This document shows, one piece after another, positions 47,649 through 56,931 of a stretch of DNA of 64,000 nt (its first letter is position 1; every line of letters starts with the position of its first letter). Source of the DNA: a virus. Its lineage: Duplodnaviria; Caudoviricetes. Location of the stretch: positions 32,001 through 96,000 of IMG/VR virus record IMGVR_UViG_3300020048_000007; one strand, given 5' to 3'. Below the pieces are notes generated by a model, which saw only the letters and a list, made by a program, of their open reading frames with translations, was not told the DNA's origin and ran no database searches. Position numbers and translations under genes: made by a program.

Positions 47649-49352
47649 ATGGCTGGCTTTAATAGACGCGATGTGATTAGACTTGAATCGCGTACCAAGG
47701 GTATTCATTGTTTTACTAAGGCTTATGAGTATTTGCTAGAGGCTAAGACTCCATCTATTTCTGAAGATTTTAAGGCTGCATGGCCGAAGGTCCTGGATGC
47801 TATTAAACAGGTTCAGAGGACTGGTCGTGCTCAGGAGCTTTTTATAACTGGTAAGTCTGTTAGCTATAAGAATTATGAGCCTCAGGGTGATATTAAGATG
47901 AAGGTGACAGTCAAGAAGCATGAAGGCGAAGATGAAGGCGCGGTGTATTCGAGAACGACTAGTAACGCACTCTCCGAGCCAGTCAATCACGGTATTATAA
48001 AGGTCGAGAGATTCATTAATCCTGACGCTATATTTCGGGATTTTTATGATAGGTTATCGAAGGCTATGGGCAATACGGAGAAGGTCAGCGCGCTTAAGAA
48101 GGGTTTGATGAATAAGTTGAAGAGGTATGGTGCTCCTGCGTCATGGCTAAAAATTGTACAGAGATATGTCGATACCTTGGTAGACAAGAGCGGATCGAAT
48201 GTGAGCTTTGTGGATATGATCATACGTACTATTGCTGGCTTTAGGATTGATGCGGATAATCTAGATGATGCGATAAGAATGTTAGATATAAAGCTGGCAC
48301 AGGAAGGTGTGTTGGCAAGAGGTGAGATTAAGATATACACGAGGCCAGGCATATCGGATACAGAATATAAATCAATCTTTATACATGAACTTACACATGC
48401 TTTTGATCCTAAAGCTCATTTGCCACATAGAACTCGTGATAAAAACGATAAAAAAGGCTCTGAATATTATTCAATCGACCCGTTGGAGTTAGACGCATCG
48501 TTGAATCAGTTCGGTACTATAGCTAAAGAACTTCCAGATGAGTTTAATTCTGCTGTTAAGAATATCATTAAGAGGGGCCAAATCGGCGACTATACGTCGA
48601 GAGAGTTTGATAAACTGATTTCAAAATATAAAGGTAGGGTTAATGAGTCGACACTATTGCTTTATCAGGAGAATCTGTATCATCTGTACACAAGAATCAA
48701 GAAGTTATCTGATGAAGCAAAGGTCGGCTTGAATCTTTTCAGGACTCGCGATGGTAGTATTGATAAGAGTCAGAATAAGTTCTTCCTAAAGCTAATGAAC
48801 ATTTTGGATGATCCTAAGGAAGCCATGAACAGGTCGCTACAGGATAGGCTCTCTTCTTATAAGGATTCTAAAAAGCGGAATGAGTCCCAGGGGTTTGGGA
48901 ATTCTCCAAATCCTCCTGCACCAGCTCCTCCAGCACCGGTTACTTCAGCACCAGCTCCATCTGCATCCGCCCCTTCGAATAAGGCTACGCCGGGCACTGT
49001 GGATGATTCGTTATTGCAAGAGGTGTTGCGTGACACTTTTGGGCCAACTGGTGGCGCGTATAATTTGGCTAGGATGTGGTATGGTGATAAGCGAATCACA
49101 TCTCAAAATAGGTATCTCAAGGGATATCCTGAAGTGGTAGCTATGTGCAAGAAAATAATTCAGCGTGGCGTTGCTGGTCTGTCTACTGCCGAAGCTAGTC
49201 AGGCCGTTTATCTTGTTGCGCTCCTAATCACTCAGAAGAGTTCTAGTTTTAGTCATAGCCTTAGCATATTGATGAATTCTAAGAATATAGTTATGATTGA
49301 TGATGGTCTGCTGGCAAGGCTCGTGAAGGTCGCTATTGAGATGGAATTTTAA
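47649..49352 (+). CDS. Large protein with HExxH zinc-peptidase-like motif; candidate packaged head protein
   Basis: IFIHELTHAFD...DPLELDA. Several L/I-x-E motifs (LLEAK, ISEDF). Pro/Ala linker. Confidence 0.7.
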   Translation: MAGFNRRDVIRLESRTKGIHCFTKAYEYLLEAKTPSISEDFKAAWPKVLDAIKQVQRTGRAQELFITGKSVSYKNYEPQGDIKMKVTVKKHEGEDEGAVYSRTTSNALSEPVNHGIIKVERFINPDAIFRDFYDRLSKAMGNTEKVSALKKGLMNKLKRYGAPASWLKIVQRYVDTLVDKSGSNVSFVDMIIRTIAGFRIDADNLDDAIRMLDIKLAQEGVLARGEIKIYTRPGISDTEYKSIFIHELTHAFDPKAHLPHRTRDKNDKKGSEYYSIDPLELDASLNQFGTIAKELPDEFNSAVKNIIKRGQIGDYTSREFDKLISKYKGRVNESTLLLYQENLYHLYTRIKKLSDEAKVGLNLFRTRDGSIDKSQNKFFLKLMNILDDPKEAMNRSLQDRLSSYKDSKKRNESQGFGNSPNPPAPAPPAPVTSAPAPSASAPSNKATPGTVDDSLLQEVLRDTFGPTGGAYNLARMWYGDKRITSQNRYLKGYPEVVAMCKKIIQRGVAGLSTAEASQAVYLVALLITQKSSSFSHSLSILMNSKNIVMIDDGLLARLVKVAIEMEF

Positions 49353-49639
49353 TGGCCCTTGTCCATAAGTCTTAACAGTATCTCTCGTTGTTGAGGGGTT
49401 ATGTCATGGTCGTCTATAAATGTTTTTATCTCTTGTATGTGTTCATCCTCGCAGTATACCGTAGTGCTATCGGCTGATGAGGCTGCGTCAAAGAAGCCAA
49501 CTTCGAGCAGAAAGTTTCTTAGCTTGATTGATTTTAGGTTATCTCTTGGCGGGTGACTGAAAAATGTCCCGCTAAGGTCCATTTTGTCTTGGTAGGAGAG
49601 TATATGCTTTTTCAAAATCTTCGCCTGTGGTGTTGCCAT
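49349..49639 (-). CDS. Hypothetical protein
   Basis: 96-aa ORF. Confidence 0.6.
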   Translation of the reverse strand: MATPQAKILKKHILSYQDKMDLSGTFFSHPPRDNLKSIKLRNFLLEVGFFDAASSADSTTVYCEDEHIQEIKTFIDDHDITPQQREILLRLMDKGH

Positions 49640-49860
49640 CTGTTGACGGCGCGGTGGTATATGAGTTCTGGTTCGTCGCTGTCTGCAACGTATATGAAGA
49701 TTGCATACATTTCTGGGTCGGCGCTGTCAGCGAAGTTGATTATGTCGTTTAAGTCAGCTTCCATTATTCCTTGTATGCATCCTAGGTAAATCTCAAAGCT
49801 TCCGTGGCTTTGTATTCTATATCCTAGGAATTTTCCGCAGCTGAGTTTGGGCGTGTTCAT
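49612..49860 (-). CDS. Hypothetical protein, paralogue of 46748-47029
   Basis: FLGYRIQSHGSFEIYL...DLNDIINFADSADP. Confidence 0.65.
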   Translation of the reverse strand: MNTPKLSCGKFLGYRIQSHGSFEIYLGCIQGIMEADLNDIINFADSADPEMYAIFIYVADSDEPELIYHRAVNRWQHHRRRF

Positions 49861-49861
49861 A

Positions 49862-50473
49862 TTACATTCCGTTCATTGATTTATTGTAGCAGTAATCACA
49901 CTCGTTGCGTTTGATGGTTATGTCTCGTTTGCCGCATCTTCTGCAGGTTATCCAGTTGTCTTCTACGGCCTTGGGGAGTGCGTTTTCGTATACAAACATC
50001 GTTGGTGTTCTAAAGTATGCTGGTCCAGTGTACTTTATGTCGTCATTCTGGTCGATTTCTAGGGTGACGCTGAATGTGGTGATTGCTAGTTGGCTGTCGC
50101 TGTCTTGGTCGTATAGGGTTATTTCGAAGTGGTTCGTTTCATGTGATTGACCCAGCACTGTGTCGATGACTTTTCTAGTCCATGTGATTTCGTGTTTTAT
50201 CTTTAGTCCGGAGCCAGACATAGCCTGTTGGGGTGCTTCGTGGTTTTTGATTGTGTTGTCTAGGAATTCTAGTGTCGCTGTCCTGAGAGCGTGAAATTCT
50301 TTTATGTTTTTTACGAATTGTTTGTCTGCTTGGGTCCGTGCTGTTTTAACATCTTCTATAATTATCTCACCGTCTTTTAGCATTTTGCGAAAGTCGTTTT
50401 GCATAAACCCAGAGATGTTTTTAATCTGATGGGCAAGGTTTTGTATTGAATTGTATAGTTGCTTTTGGTTCAT
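49862..50473 (-). CDS. Hypothetical protein with C-terminal Zn-ribbon
   Basis: CRRC...CDYC at the C-terminus. Confidence 0.65.
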   Translation of the reverse strand: MNQKQLYNSIQNLAHQIKNISGFMQNDFRKMLKDGEIIIEDVKTARTQADKQFVKNIKEFHALRTATLEFLDNTIKNHEAPQQAMSGSGLKIKHEITWTRKVIDTVLGQSHETNHFEITLYDQDSDSQLAITTFSVTLEIDQNDDIKYTGPAYFRTPTMFVYENALPKAVEDNWITCRRCGKRDITIKRNECDYCYNKSMNGM

Positions 50474-50575
50474 TATTCGCTTCTTGTGTCAGATATGAGG
50501 CGGGGGGAAAGTTGGGGGAGTTGGTAGCTCGTTCTGGATTCTTGTTGTGTTCGTCATTAGTCATTGCCTTTGGTG

Positions 50576-51093
50576 TCAAGGTTCGATTATACTTCGTTGG
50601 ACTTCTATCCATTCTTGGAATTTGTAGTATTGGGTGTTTATAATGTTCATGGTTTCGGTGTGCCGTTGGTTTAACGTTTTTTTGGCTTCTTCCAGTGATT
50701 GTGTGAGTTGTTTGACGTTTTTGATTGCTTGCGCGTAGTCTAGGACGGCTTTCTGGAGTGCCAAGCTGGTTTGGAGTGGGTCGTGTGGGGGGTCTGGTTC
50801 ATGTTTGGGCATATAGGAATCGCATTTTGGTTGTGGGTCTGGCATTGCGGGCTCCATTGACGGACTCTCTACTTCTTGGTATCCGGTTTTATTGTGCATA
50901 CAGAAATCTATCCCTGCTTCCTTAAGATATTCTTTATTCTTGCCCCACCACACCATGACAGGGTTTGCTCCGTTTAGCTCTTTTCCAGCTTGTTCGGCTA
51001 GTCTTTTGGCTGAGACTTCTGCGGTCAGCTTGCGTTCTTGGTGGGCTCGTTCATCATTCGGACGGATGAACGACTGATTGTCGTTGTTTTCGG

Positions 51094-51097
<4 letters not shown>
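50576..51097 (-). CDS. Hypothetical protein with C-terminal coiled coil
   Basis: 173-aa ORF with an ATGA overlap. Confidence 0.65.
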
Positions 51098-51567
<470 letters not shown>

Positions 51568-51576
51568 GTAGTCTCC

Positions 51577-52134
51577 TCATAGCCCAATACCATTGTCGAG
51601 CCATCTCGCCTCCCCCTTATAAACCACAGCGCGCCATTCGAATGGATAAAGAAAGTTGGTGGGGATGTACTCCTCAACATCTTCCTTTGTTGGAAAGAGG
51701 ATCATTGCACCAAATCTTTTTACCAGTTTTTTATTTTCGATGCGCTCAATCGCCCAAACGATTGGCCTGCTCGCCAATTCGGCTTCAAGCTCGGCAATCT
51801 GCAATGTGCTGCAAATAGGTTTATCATTATCCACCCGAAGCTCATCGATCTCTGTTATGGCTGTGCCACGCTCCCAATGATCCCTTATGTGCTCCAAATA
51901 TTCCCTTATTTGCTCTTCGCATCCAGACATAGCTTTTTCAAGGCTATCATATTCGCTGGTTCCAATGTCGTGCTCGTCAGTCCATAGTTGAGCCCTGTAA
52001 GTAACGCAATCCGCCAAGATAGGCAGATCAGTATAAACACACGGAACATGCATGTTGATCATGGCTGTGATGGTTCCCGACCTCAAACGCCATTCTTCAT
52101 CTCCGTAATAATACCAACGATCAGGAAGTTCCAT
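51577..52134 (-). CDS. Hypothetical protein
   Basis: Probable start MELPDRW at 52134 (TAATG overlap, GGAGG upstream). Confidence 0.6.
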   Translation of the reverse strand: MELPDRWYYYGDEEWRLRSGTITAMINMHVPCVYTDLPILADCVTYRAQLWTDEHDIGTSEYDSLEKAMSGCEEQIREYLEHIRDHWERGTAITEIDELRVDNDKPICSTLQIAELEAELASRPIVWAIERIENKKLVKRFGAMILFPTKEDVEEYIPTNFLYPFEWRAVVYKGEARWLDNGIGL

Positions 52135-52400
52135 TATATCGGCCTCCAGTGTGTGACGGTTCCTGTGTGATTGCTGGCGCACTCGTACTCAATATCATCT
52201 GCGATGTGTTCGTGGATGTTATGAGGGACCATCCAGGATATGCAACCTTTTGGATAGTCTGAATTTAATTCTTCCACACATAGTAGCTGTATCAGGTTAT
52301 AGGGGTGCTCGGTTTTAGCCAACACAACTACGCCAATCGGCGGCCAAGTATCTGGATTGGCGGCAAGCTCGATCCATTTCTGCATCAGATCGGACCCCAT
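52134..52400 (-). CDS. Hypothetical protein
   Basis: Probable start MGSDLMQ at 52400. The upstream part of the listed ORF overlaps a promoter motif and a hairpin. Confidence 0.55.
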   Translation of the reverse strand: MGSDLMQKWIELAANPDTWPPIGVVVLAKTEHPYNLIQLLCVEELNSDYPKGCISWMVPHNIHEHIADDIEYECASNHTGTVTHWRPI

Positions 52401-52474
52401 TGAATCACTCTCGTTCTCATCAGGTTCTCCTGTTGGTGAGTCGGGAGGATCAACCCCCCCCCGACAGATTACTG

Positions 52475-52499
52475 TGGCATGATATTCAAGCGGTGTCAA
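52475..52499 (-). promoter_or_regulatory. Putative promoter TTGAC(G/A)CC-N12-TGCCA, copy 2
   Basis: TTGACACC-gcttgaatatca-TGCCA, with the same spacing as the other two copies. Confidence 0.6.
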
Positions 52500-52507
52500 T
52501 ATTAAAA

Positions 52508-52981
52508 TCAAGCGGTGTCATTGTTCATCTCTATTTGCTGTAGTCGCTTGATCTCGGCTATTAACACAAGGATGGCTGTCGGATTAGCCATCATCAAAAA
52601 CCGATCTGTTGAACTGGATGTAGAATCCGCGACTAAGTCATCGTTTGCATCTCTTATTGTGTTACCGGCTCTCCAAGGGTGCGGGTGGTCTTGTAAAACA
52701 GCCCTGGCAGCTTTTTCGATTTCTTCCAGGTCGAAAGAGTCCATCCGGCAATCAGCCACCCAACGCCCAATCTTAAGGTTAAGCAACCCTTCTCTGAGGT
52801 TACATAGCCTCACTTGTAGATCGTGTTCTAGAGCATAGATGCGGTGCTTGAATGCGTCTGAAGGCGAATTTTGTCGGATTTTTGAGCAGTAGGCGATTTC
52901 GGAATGGGTCGCCTCGATTTGTGCGGCGTACTCCTCTTCAAATGGCATGGACGGATTTACTGGCTGGTACGGAGTGGTCAT
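52508..52981 (-). CDS. Ead/Ea22-like phage protein
   Basis: Probable start MTTPYQP. C-terminal FLMMANPTAILVLIAEIKRLQ resembles the Ea22 motif A-x-NP-x-x-IL-x-L-x-x-E-x-x-RL. Confidence 0.55.
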   Translation of the reverse strand: MTTPYQPVNPSMPFEEEYAAQIEATHSEIAYCSKIRQNSPSDAFKHRIYALEHDLQVRLCNLREGLLNLKIGRWVADCRMDSFDLEEIEKAARAVLQDHPHPWRAGNTIRDANDDLVADSTSSSTDRFLMMANPTAILVLIAEIKRLQQIEMNNDTA

Positions 52982-52982
52982 C

Positions 52983-53258
52983 TTATTGCCCCATTTCTGC
53001 TCGTTGCTTGGCTTCAAGAATATCTGATTTTCTATGGTCGTATATCGTACACGTGTTCCGATAATGCGTGGCAAGGGTTACTTCTACATCATAAGGGACT
53101 CCCCATATGCTACTCCATGTGGTACCTTCTGTCCATTCGTCTATTAGTTCCTGGCATTTGTCATAATGGCCTGGCGTATACGTGCAAATAAACACAGTAC
53201 CATTACGCCGTACAGGATGCGTTCTGAGAGGGTTATTTTTATCTGTCACTCTGAACAT
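52983..53258 (-). CDS. Hypothetical protein
   Basis: 91-aa ORF. Confidence 0.55.
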   Translation of the reverse strand: MFRVTDKNNPLRTHPVRRNGTVFICTYTPGHYDKCQELIDEWTEGTTWSSIWGVPYDVEVTLATHYRNTCTIYDHRKSDILEAKQRAEMGQ

Positions 53259-53841
53259 CTCCCATCTTCTGGGTGCTTATGAAATCACCAGACTTCATCC
53301 ACTTACCGTGCTCTAAAGACAATACATCCTCAGCGGCCTGAATAATAACAAGCGAATGAGTCGCTATTATTATTTGACACTTGCTTTCACTAGCCCTTGT
53401 GACCTCATCCCAGACTTTAAACTGATTTCTTAACGATAAACCGGCCTCAGGCTCATCCAACAAGATCACACTATCCTTCACCTTTTTGAGACAGTCAACC
53501 GTATACATTTTTAAAACCTCACCATGAGACTTAAATCTAGACATGATTGACCCGACATAGCCAATACCAATATCCTCACCGTTAGCCTTAGAGTAAAGCG
53601 TCGGATCAGTGGTCCTGGGATTCATATGCTCTGAATCAAAATAAAATGAATTCACTCCCTTTAAACCAAGAGGAGTTAGCTGCAGATCTAAAAATTTAGC
53701 CTGGGCTTGTAACCCCTTCAATAATGTTGATTTACCACAGCCCTGATCACCGACTATGACCGTTATGTCTCTGAATCTGAATTTTTTACCCTTTTTGAAG
53801 CATCTGTGCTGGCTAGCGATTTTCGCCTGTTCAATGTACAC
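53239..53841 (-). CDS. Stand-alone ABC-type (AAA_21-like) ATPase
   Basis: Walker A GDQGCGKST, SHGE, Walker B ILLDEPE, H-loop ATHS. Probable GTG start at 53841 after GAGGAG. Confidence 0.85.
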   Translation of the reverse strand: MYIEQAKIASQHRCFKKGKKFRFRDITVIVGDQGCGKSTLLKGLQAQAKFLDLQLTPLGLKGVNSFYFDSEHMNPRTTDPTLYSKANGEDIGIGYVGSIMSRFKSHGEVLKMYTVDCLKKVKDSVILLDEPEAGLSLRNQFKVWDEVTRASESKCQIIIATHSLVIIQAAEDVLSLEHGKWMKSGDFISTQKMGDVQSDR

Positions 53842-53884
53842 TAGTGACTCCTCTTCTTGATTGTGTGACTCTAACCAGTCATTA

Positions 53885-53910
53885 ATGGCAAGCAATCAAG
53901 TCGGCGTCAA
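53885..53910 (-). promoter_or_regulatory. Putative promoter TTGAC(G/A)CC-N12-TGCCA, copy 3
   Basis: TTGACGCC-gacttgat-TGCTTGCCAT. The 8-nt and 10-nt boxes are identical to copy 1. Confidence 0.65.
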
Positions 53911-53912
53911 TA

Positions 53913-55592
53913 TCAGACCTTTTCTAATCTGAAACCATAGACCACAATAGTTTCATTATACCCATCATGCTTAATATCACCAGCACCCTGCACTATATCA
54001 ACACCGTGCATATCTATTGACTTATCTAAGATAATATCATAATAAACCCCAGTGCCATCCCCAATAGTAACAAAAGTCATGTCCTTCATTTTCCTGTGGC
54101 AAGCCACGAGACCCCTAAAATCAAGCCAATCACCTTCCCTCCGAAAATGCAATCCATTCGGAATCACATCCTTAAACCACGACCCAAAACGGTCATATTG
54201 CTCCTTAATGTCCGGCTCAAATAGCCACATCTGATACTGAGGCTTCTTAAGAGACTGCTCATGAAGATACCACTTCGGCCTTCCCATGTCTATCTTGAGC
54301 CCGGCCTTCTTAGCTTCCTGAATATAAACCCACGGCCTGTACATCGATTTACAGTGATTCAACGTCGCCTTCCAAAATCTGTGCGGATTATACACCTTCT
54401 GATAAGCCAAAGCCCACACAAGATACGCATAACTTAACGCATGCGACTTGCAAAACGAATACATCTTTATCTGTAAAAGATCTGAGATAATAATATCCAC
54501 ATCTGGATGATGCGATATCTTCTGCTTGAACTCATCGATAATCTTAAAGTTATTCTTAGCAAACGCCCTCCTATAATAATCTGCCCGATCCTCTGAGCAC
54601 CCCAGCAGACCCTGTATCTGTTGTATCGCATCATCCTCAAACACTATCTGAGTTATCTTCCTCTCTTCATTCCACGTATCCAAAAAAGTCTTCTTTCTAC
54701 CTCTAGACGCAGCCGCAGGACGTATTAAAGCCAGAGCAACAGCCAATTCCTGGATATTCTTCGGCTTTACCGCCTTAGCTGCCTTCCTAAACGTCGGAGA
54801 CTCAGCGAATGTGATCCCAGTCACATCCCCTGAAGCAAATAATTCAGCTATCTTAGGATCATTATCAGGATATGAACTCAGAGCCCTCTGATCAATATCA
54901 AGCAGCTGGGCTAAAGCACGATTGCATAATAAGTCAATCTTTAAAATGCCTAGCTCATCCACATCATTTTTATCATAATAAATCTGGTTCCTGCCTATCA
55001 GCAAGTCTCTCGGCACTTCATCTTCAAAGAACACTAGACCACCACAGTGAAGGGAGAAATGAGAGTGCTGGTCCATAAGACACTCAGCTAGCTCTAAGAC
55101 TCTCTCTTCCTTCCCAGGCATTAAATCTTTTACGTTCGCTTTTCTGGGTATCTTAGACTTACATCCAAGTCTACGCATGGCTTCTCTAATAGCCCCGTCT
55201 TTCCTGTAGTGTATCCGGTTGCTTATCCTCGCTACTTTTTTAGGCCATTTATCAAATATTTTTTCTATTATCTCGTCTCTTCTATCGTATGGGAAGTCTA
55301 AATCTATGTCTGGATTATCTGGTCTATGGTCATTCATAAATCGAGCTAATGATATGTTATCTCTTATTGGGTCTATTTCGCTTATGCCCATTAGATAACT
55401 CACTAAGCTACATGACGCTGATCCTCGCGTTATATGGGGTATACCATCAGCGATTTTTATGATGTCGTCTACTTTTTCGAATATGCACGAGAACTTAAAT
55501 TTCTCAATCAGTTCGAATTCTCTACTCAACCTATCATGATATTGCTTTTGAGGAGGTATTGGCCTTTTGAATCGTTCTATGAGATTATGCAT
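53913..55592 (-). CDS. dnaE: Compact DNA polymerase III alpha-subunit (family C) catalytic core lacking the PHP domain
   Basis: RGSASCSLVSYLMGISEIDP, RFMN-x-x-R-x-x-x-PDIDLDF, HCGGLV, KIDLL, YSFCKSHALSYA. Only 559 aa. Confidence 0.88.
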   Translation of the reverse strand: MHNLIERFKRPIPPQKQYHDRLSREFELIEKFKFSCIFEKVDDIIKIADGIPHITRGSASCSLVSYLMGISEIDPIRDNISLARFMNDHRPDNPDIDLDFPYDRRDEIIEKIFDKWPKKVARISNRIHYRKDGAIREAMRRLGCKSKIPRKANVKDLMPGKEERVLELAECLMDQHSHFSLHCGGLVFFEDEVPRDLLIGRNQIYYDKNDVDELGILKIDLLCNRALAQLLDIDQRALSSYPDNDPKIAELFASGDVTGITFAESPTFRKAAKAVKPKNIQELAVALALIRPAAASRGRKKTFLDTWNEERKITQIVFEDDAIQQIQGLLGCSEDRADYYRRAFAKNNFKIIDEFKQKISHHPDVDIIISDLLQIKMYSFCKSHALSYAYLVWALAYQKVYNPHRFWKATLNHCKSMYRPWVYIQEAKKAGLKIDMGRPKWYLHEQSLKKPQYQMWLFEPDIKEQYDRFGSWFKDVIPNGLHFRREGDWLDFRGLVACHRKMKDMTFVTIGDGTGVYYDIILDKSIDMHGVDIVQGAGDIKHDGYNETIVVYGFRLEKV

Positions 55593-55655
55593 GTATTCTC
55601 AGTATTCATATATTTTTCAAGCACCTAAATATATATCTAACGGCAGTATAGTTCA

Positions 55656-55814
55656 CTACCTATTTAACGCAGCTATAAATTGTAATGCAAGTATGATAAT
55701 GAATACTATCGCTATTGGTTGGCCGTTTGATGCCATTGCTACCAATACTAGCACACCAAAAAGGCCAAAAATAGCATTGCCTACCGTCACACCATCTCTA
55801 TAATAGCTGCTCAT
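55656..55814 (-). CDS. Small membrane protein (52 aa, two hydrophobic segments)
   Basis: Hand translation: MSSYYRDGVTVGNAIFGLFGVLVLVAMASNGQPIAIVFIIILALQFIAALNR. AGGAAG upstream. Confidence 0.55.
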   Translation of the reverse strand: MSSYYRDGVTVGNAIFGLFGVLVLVAMASNGQPIAIVFIIILALQFIAALNR

Positions 55815-55865
55815 CGTATCTTCCTATCTATGGTTTTAGGATATTATAACCCAACGGTTTCATTG

Positions 55866-56102
55866 TCATCCATTTCTGTTCCCCATCGCATTGGGTGATA
55901 CCCTGTTAACAATTTTATGGAATTGTCTCCGAGCTTTCCAATGTTGTCCAAAAAAGCACGGGTCATCCCCAGTCATGATATTCGGCCTTGTGCGGAGAGT
56001 ATAGGGCAAGCCCAAGGGATCTTCGTCTTTTTCCTTGACCAACTCTATTGTGATACCATTCACTGTAACAGAGTTGATCATTATCAGGTCATCTTCAAGC
56101 AT
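55866..56102 (-). CDS. Hypothetical protein
   Basis: 78 aa with a GGAGG RBS and an upstream sigma70-like promoter. Confidence 0.65.
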   Translation of the reverse strand: MLEDDLIMINSVTVNGITIELVKEKDEDPLGLPYTLRTRPNIMTGDDPCFFGQHWKARRQFHKIVNRVSPNAMGNRNG

Positions 56103-56118
56103 GAAATTCCTCCCATAT

Positions 56119-56147
56119 ATCTTAATGTTCTTTATTTGATTTGTAAA
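56119..56147 (-). promoter_or_regulatory. Sigma70-like promoter
   Basis: TTTACA-17 nt-TAAGAT upstream of ATG 56102. Confidence 0.65.
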
Positions 56148-56167
56148 TGCTAGGTTGCCTTACCTTC

Positions 56168-56515
56168 CTAATAGTCTGGGCATTGTTTTGTCGCCGGAGA
56201 CCATTTTATACCACCAAGGCATATATGATCTGCCGGATAGGATATTACATACAAGATGCGAGTAGAACACGGTGTGATCACGATCCTTAGAGCCTCGTCA
56301 TCGACCGCCATTGCGGCTTTAATTAGAGATTTAGTCAACGCATTCGGCTCGGTTTTATGCCTTTCTACCTCGCTTCTCGCCGCCTGCTGCAGCTCCTCGA
56401 TTTCCAATAGCCTGTCTTCATCCAGCCCTGAGTGTCCGGACGCTAGCCATTGTAACGCATCGATTTTTAGCCTGCTAAACAGCTCTAATACATCCACTAT
56501 CTGATCTATAGTCAC
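56168..56515 (-). CDS. Hypothetical protein
   Basis: 115-aa ORF with an overlapping junction. Confidence 0.55.
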   Translation of the reverse strand: MTIDQIVDVLELFSRLKIDALQWLASGHSGLDEDRLLEIEELQQAARSEVERHKTEPNALTKSLIKAAMAVDDEALRIVITPCSTRILYVISYPADHICLGGIKWSPATKQCPDY

Positions 56516-56733
56516 GCTCCAGCCCCCATCATCATTTCTGCTCCCCCGTGTAATAGTTCACTTTTTGAATCGTAAACCATAATATGTCCCTCTTTGGTAT
56601 ATTGTAGGATCATGTAAGTCATGCATAATCCGAATTCTTGAAGACTGATAGCATAGATCTTGGCGTCTGCTATACTTCTAAATGTACCATGACAAGCGAT
56701 CTGGCTGGTGTCGTTAAGCGTATACATATCCAC
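56512..56733 (-). CDS. Hypothetical protein
   Basis: 73 aa, GGAG RBS. Confidence 0.55.
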   Translation of the reverse strand: MDMYTLNDTSQIACHGTFRSIADAKIYAISLQEFGLCMTYMILQYTKEGHIMVYDSKSELLHGGAEMMMGAGA

Positions 56734-56766
56734 TGCTCCTCGAAATGAAATGTTGTGTTAGGGTGC

Positions 56767-56931
56767 TCATAGCTCATCTGGCACAGCGTCGATGTATACG
56801 ACGTTCTCAAGGGTATCATACCATACGGAGAGAGCCAGTTCTTCATGGATGGTCTCAAATTCGTACCGTAAAGAAACCGTGGCGCTTTGTTCTAATTGTA
56901 AGAGCTTTTCGATTAGCTCAGCGATAGTCAT
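56767..56931 (-). CDS. Small hypothetical protein (54 aa)
   Basis: Hand translation MTIAELIEKLLQLEQSATVSL... ATGA overlap with the upstream gene. Confidence 0.6.
   Translation of the reverse strand: MTIAELIEKLLQLEQSATVSLRYEFETIHEELALSVWYDTLENVVYIDAVPDEL

Noticed and set aside
50497-50525. G-rich tract as a G-quadruplex or regulatory element
   Set aside because: Only two long G runs, inside a G+T-skewed patch, with no supporting context.
53913-55592. Split-intein DnaE fragment or pseudogene
   Set aside because: No intein terminal motifs, an intact frame, all catalytic Asp present, and a plausible upstream element.
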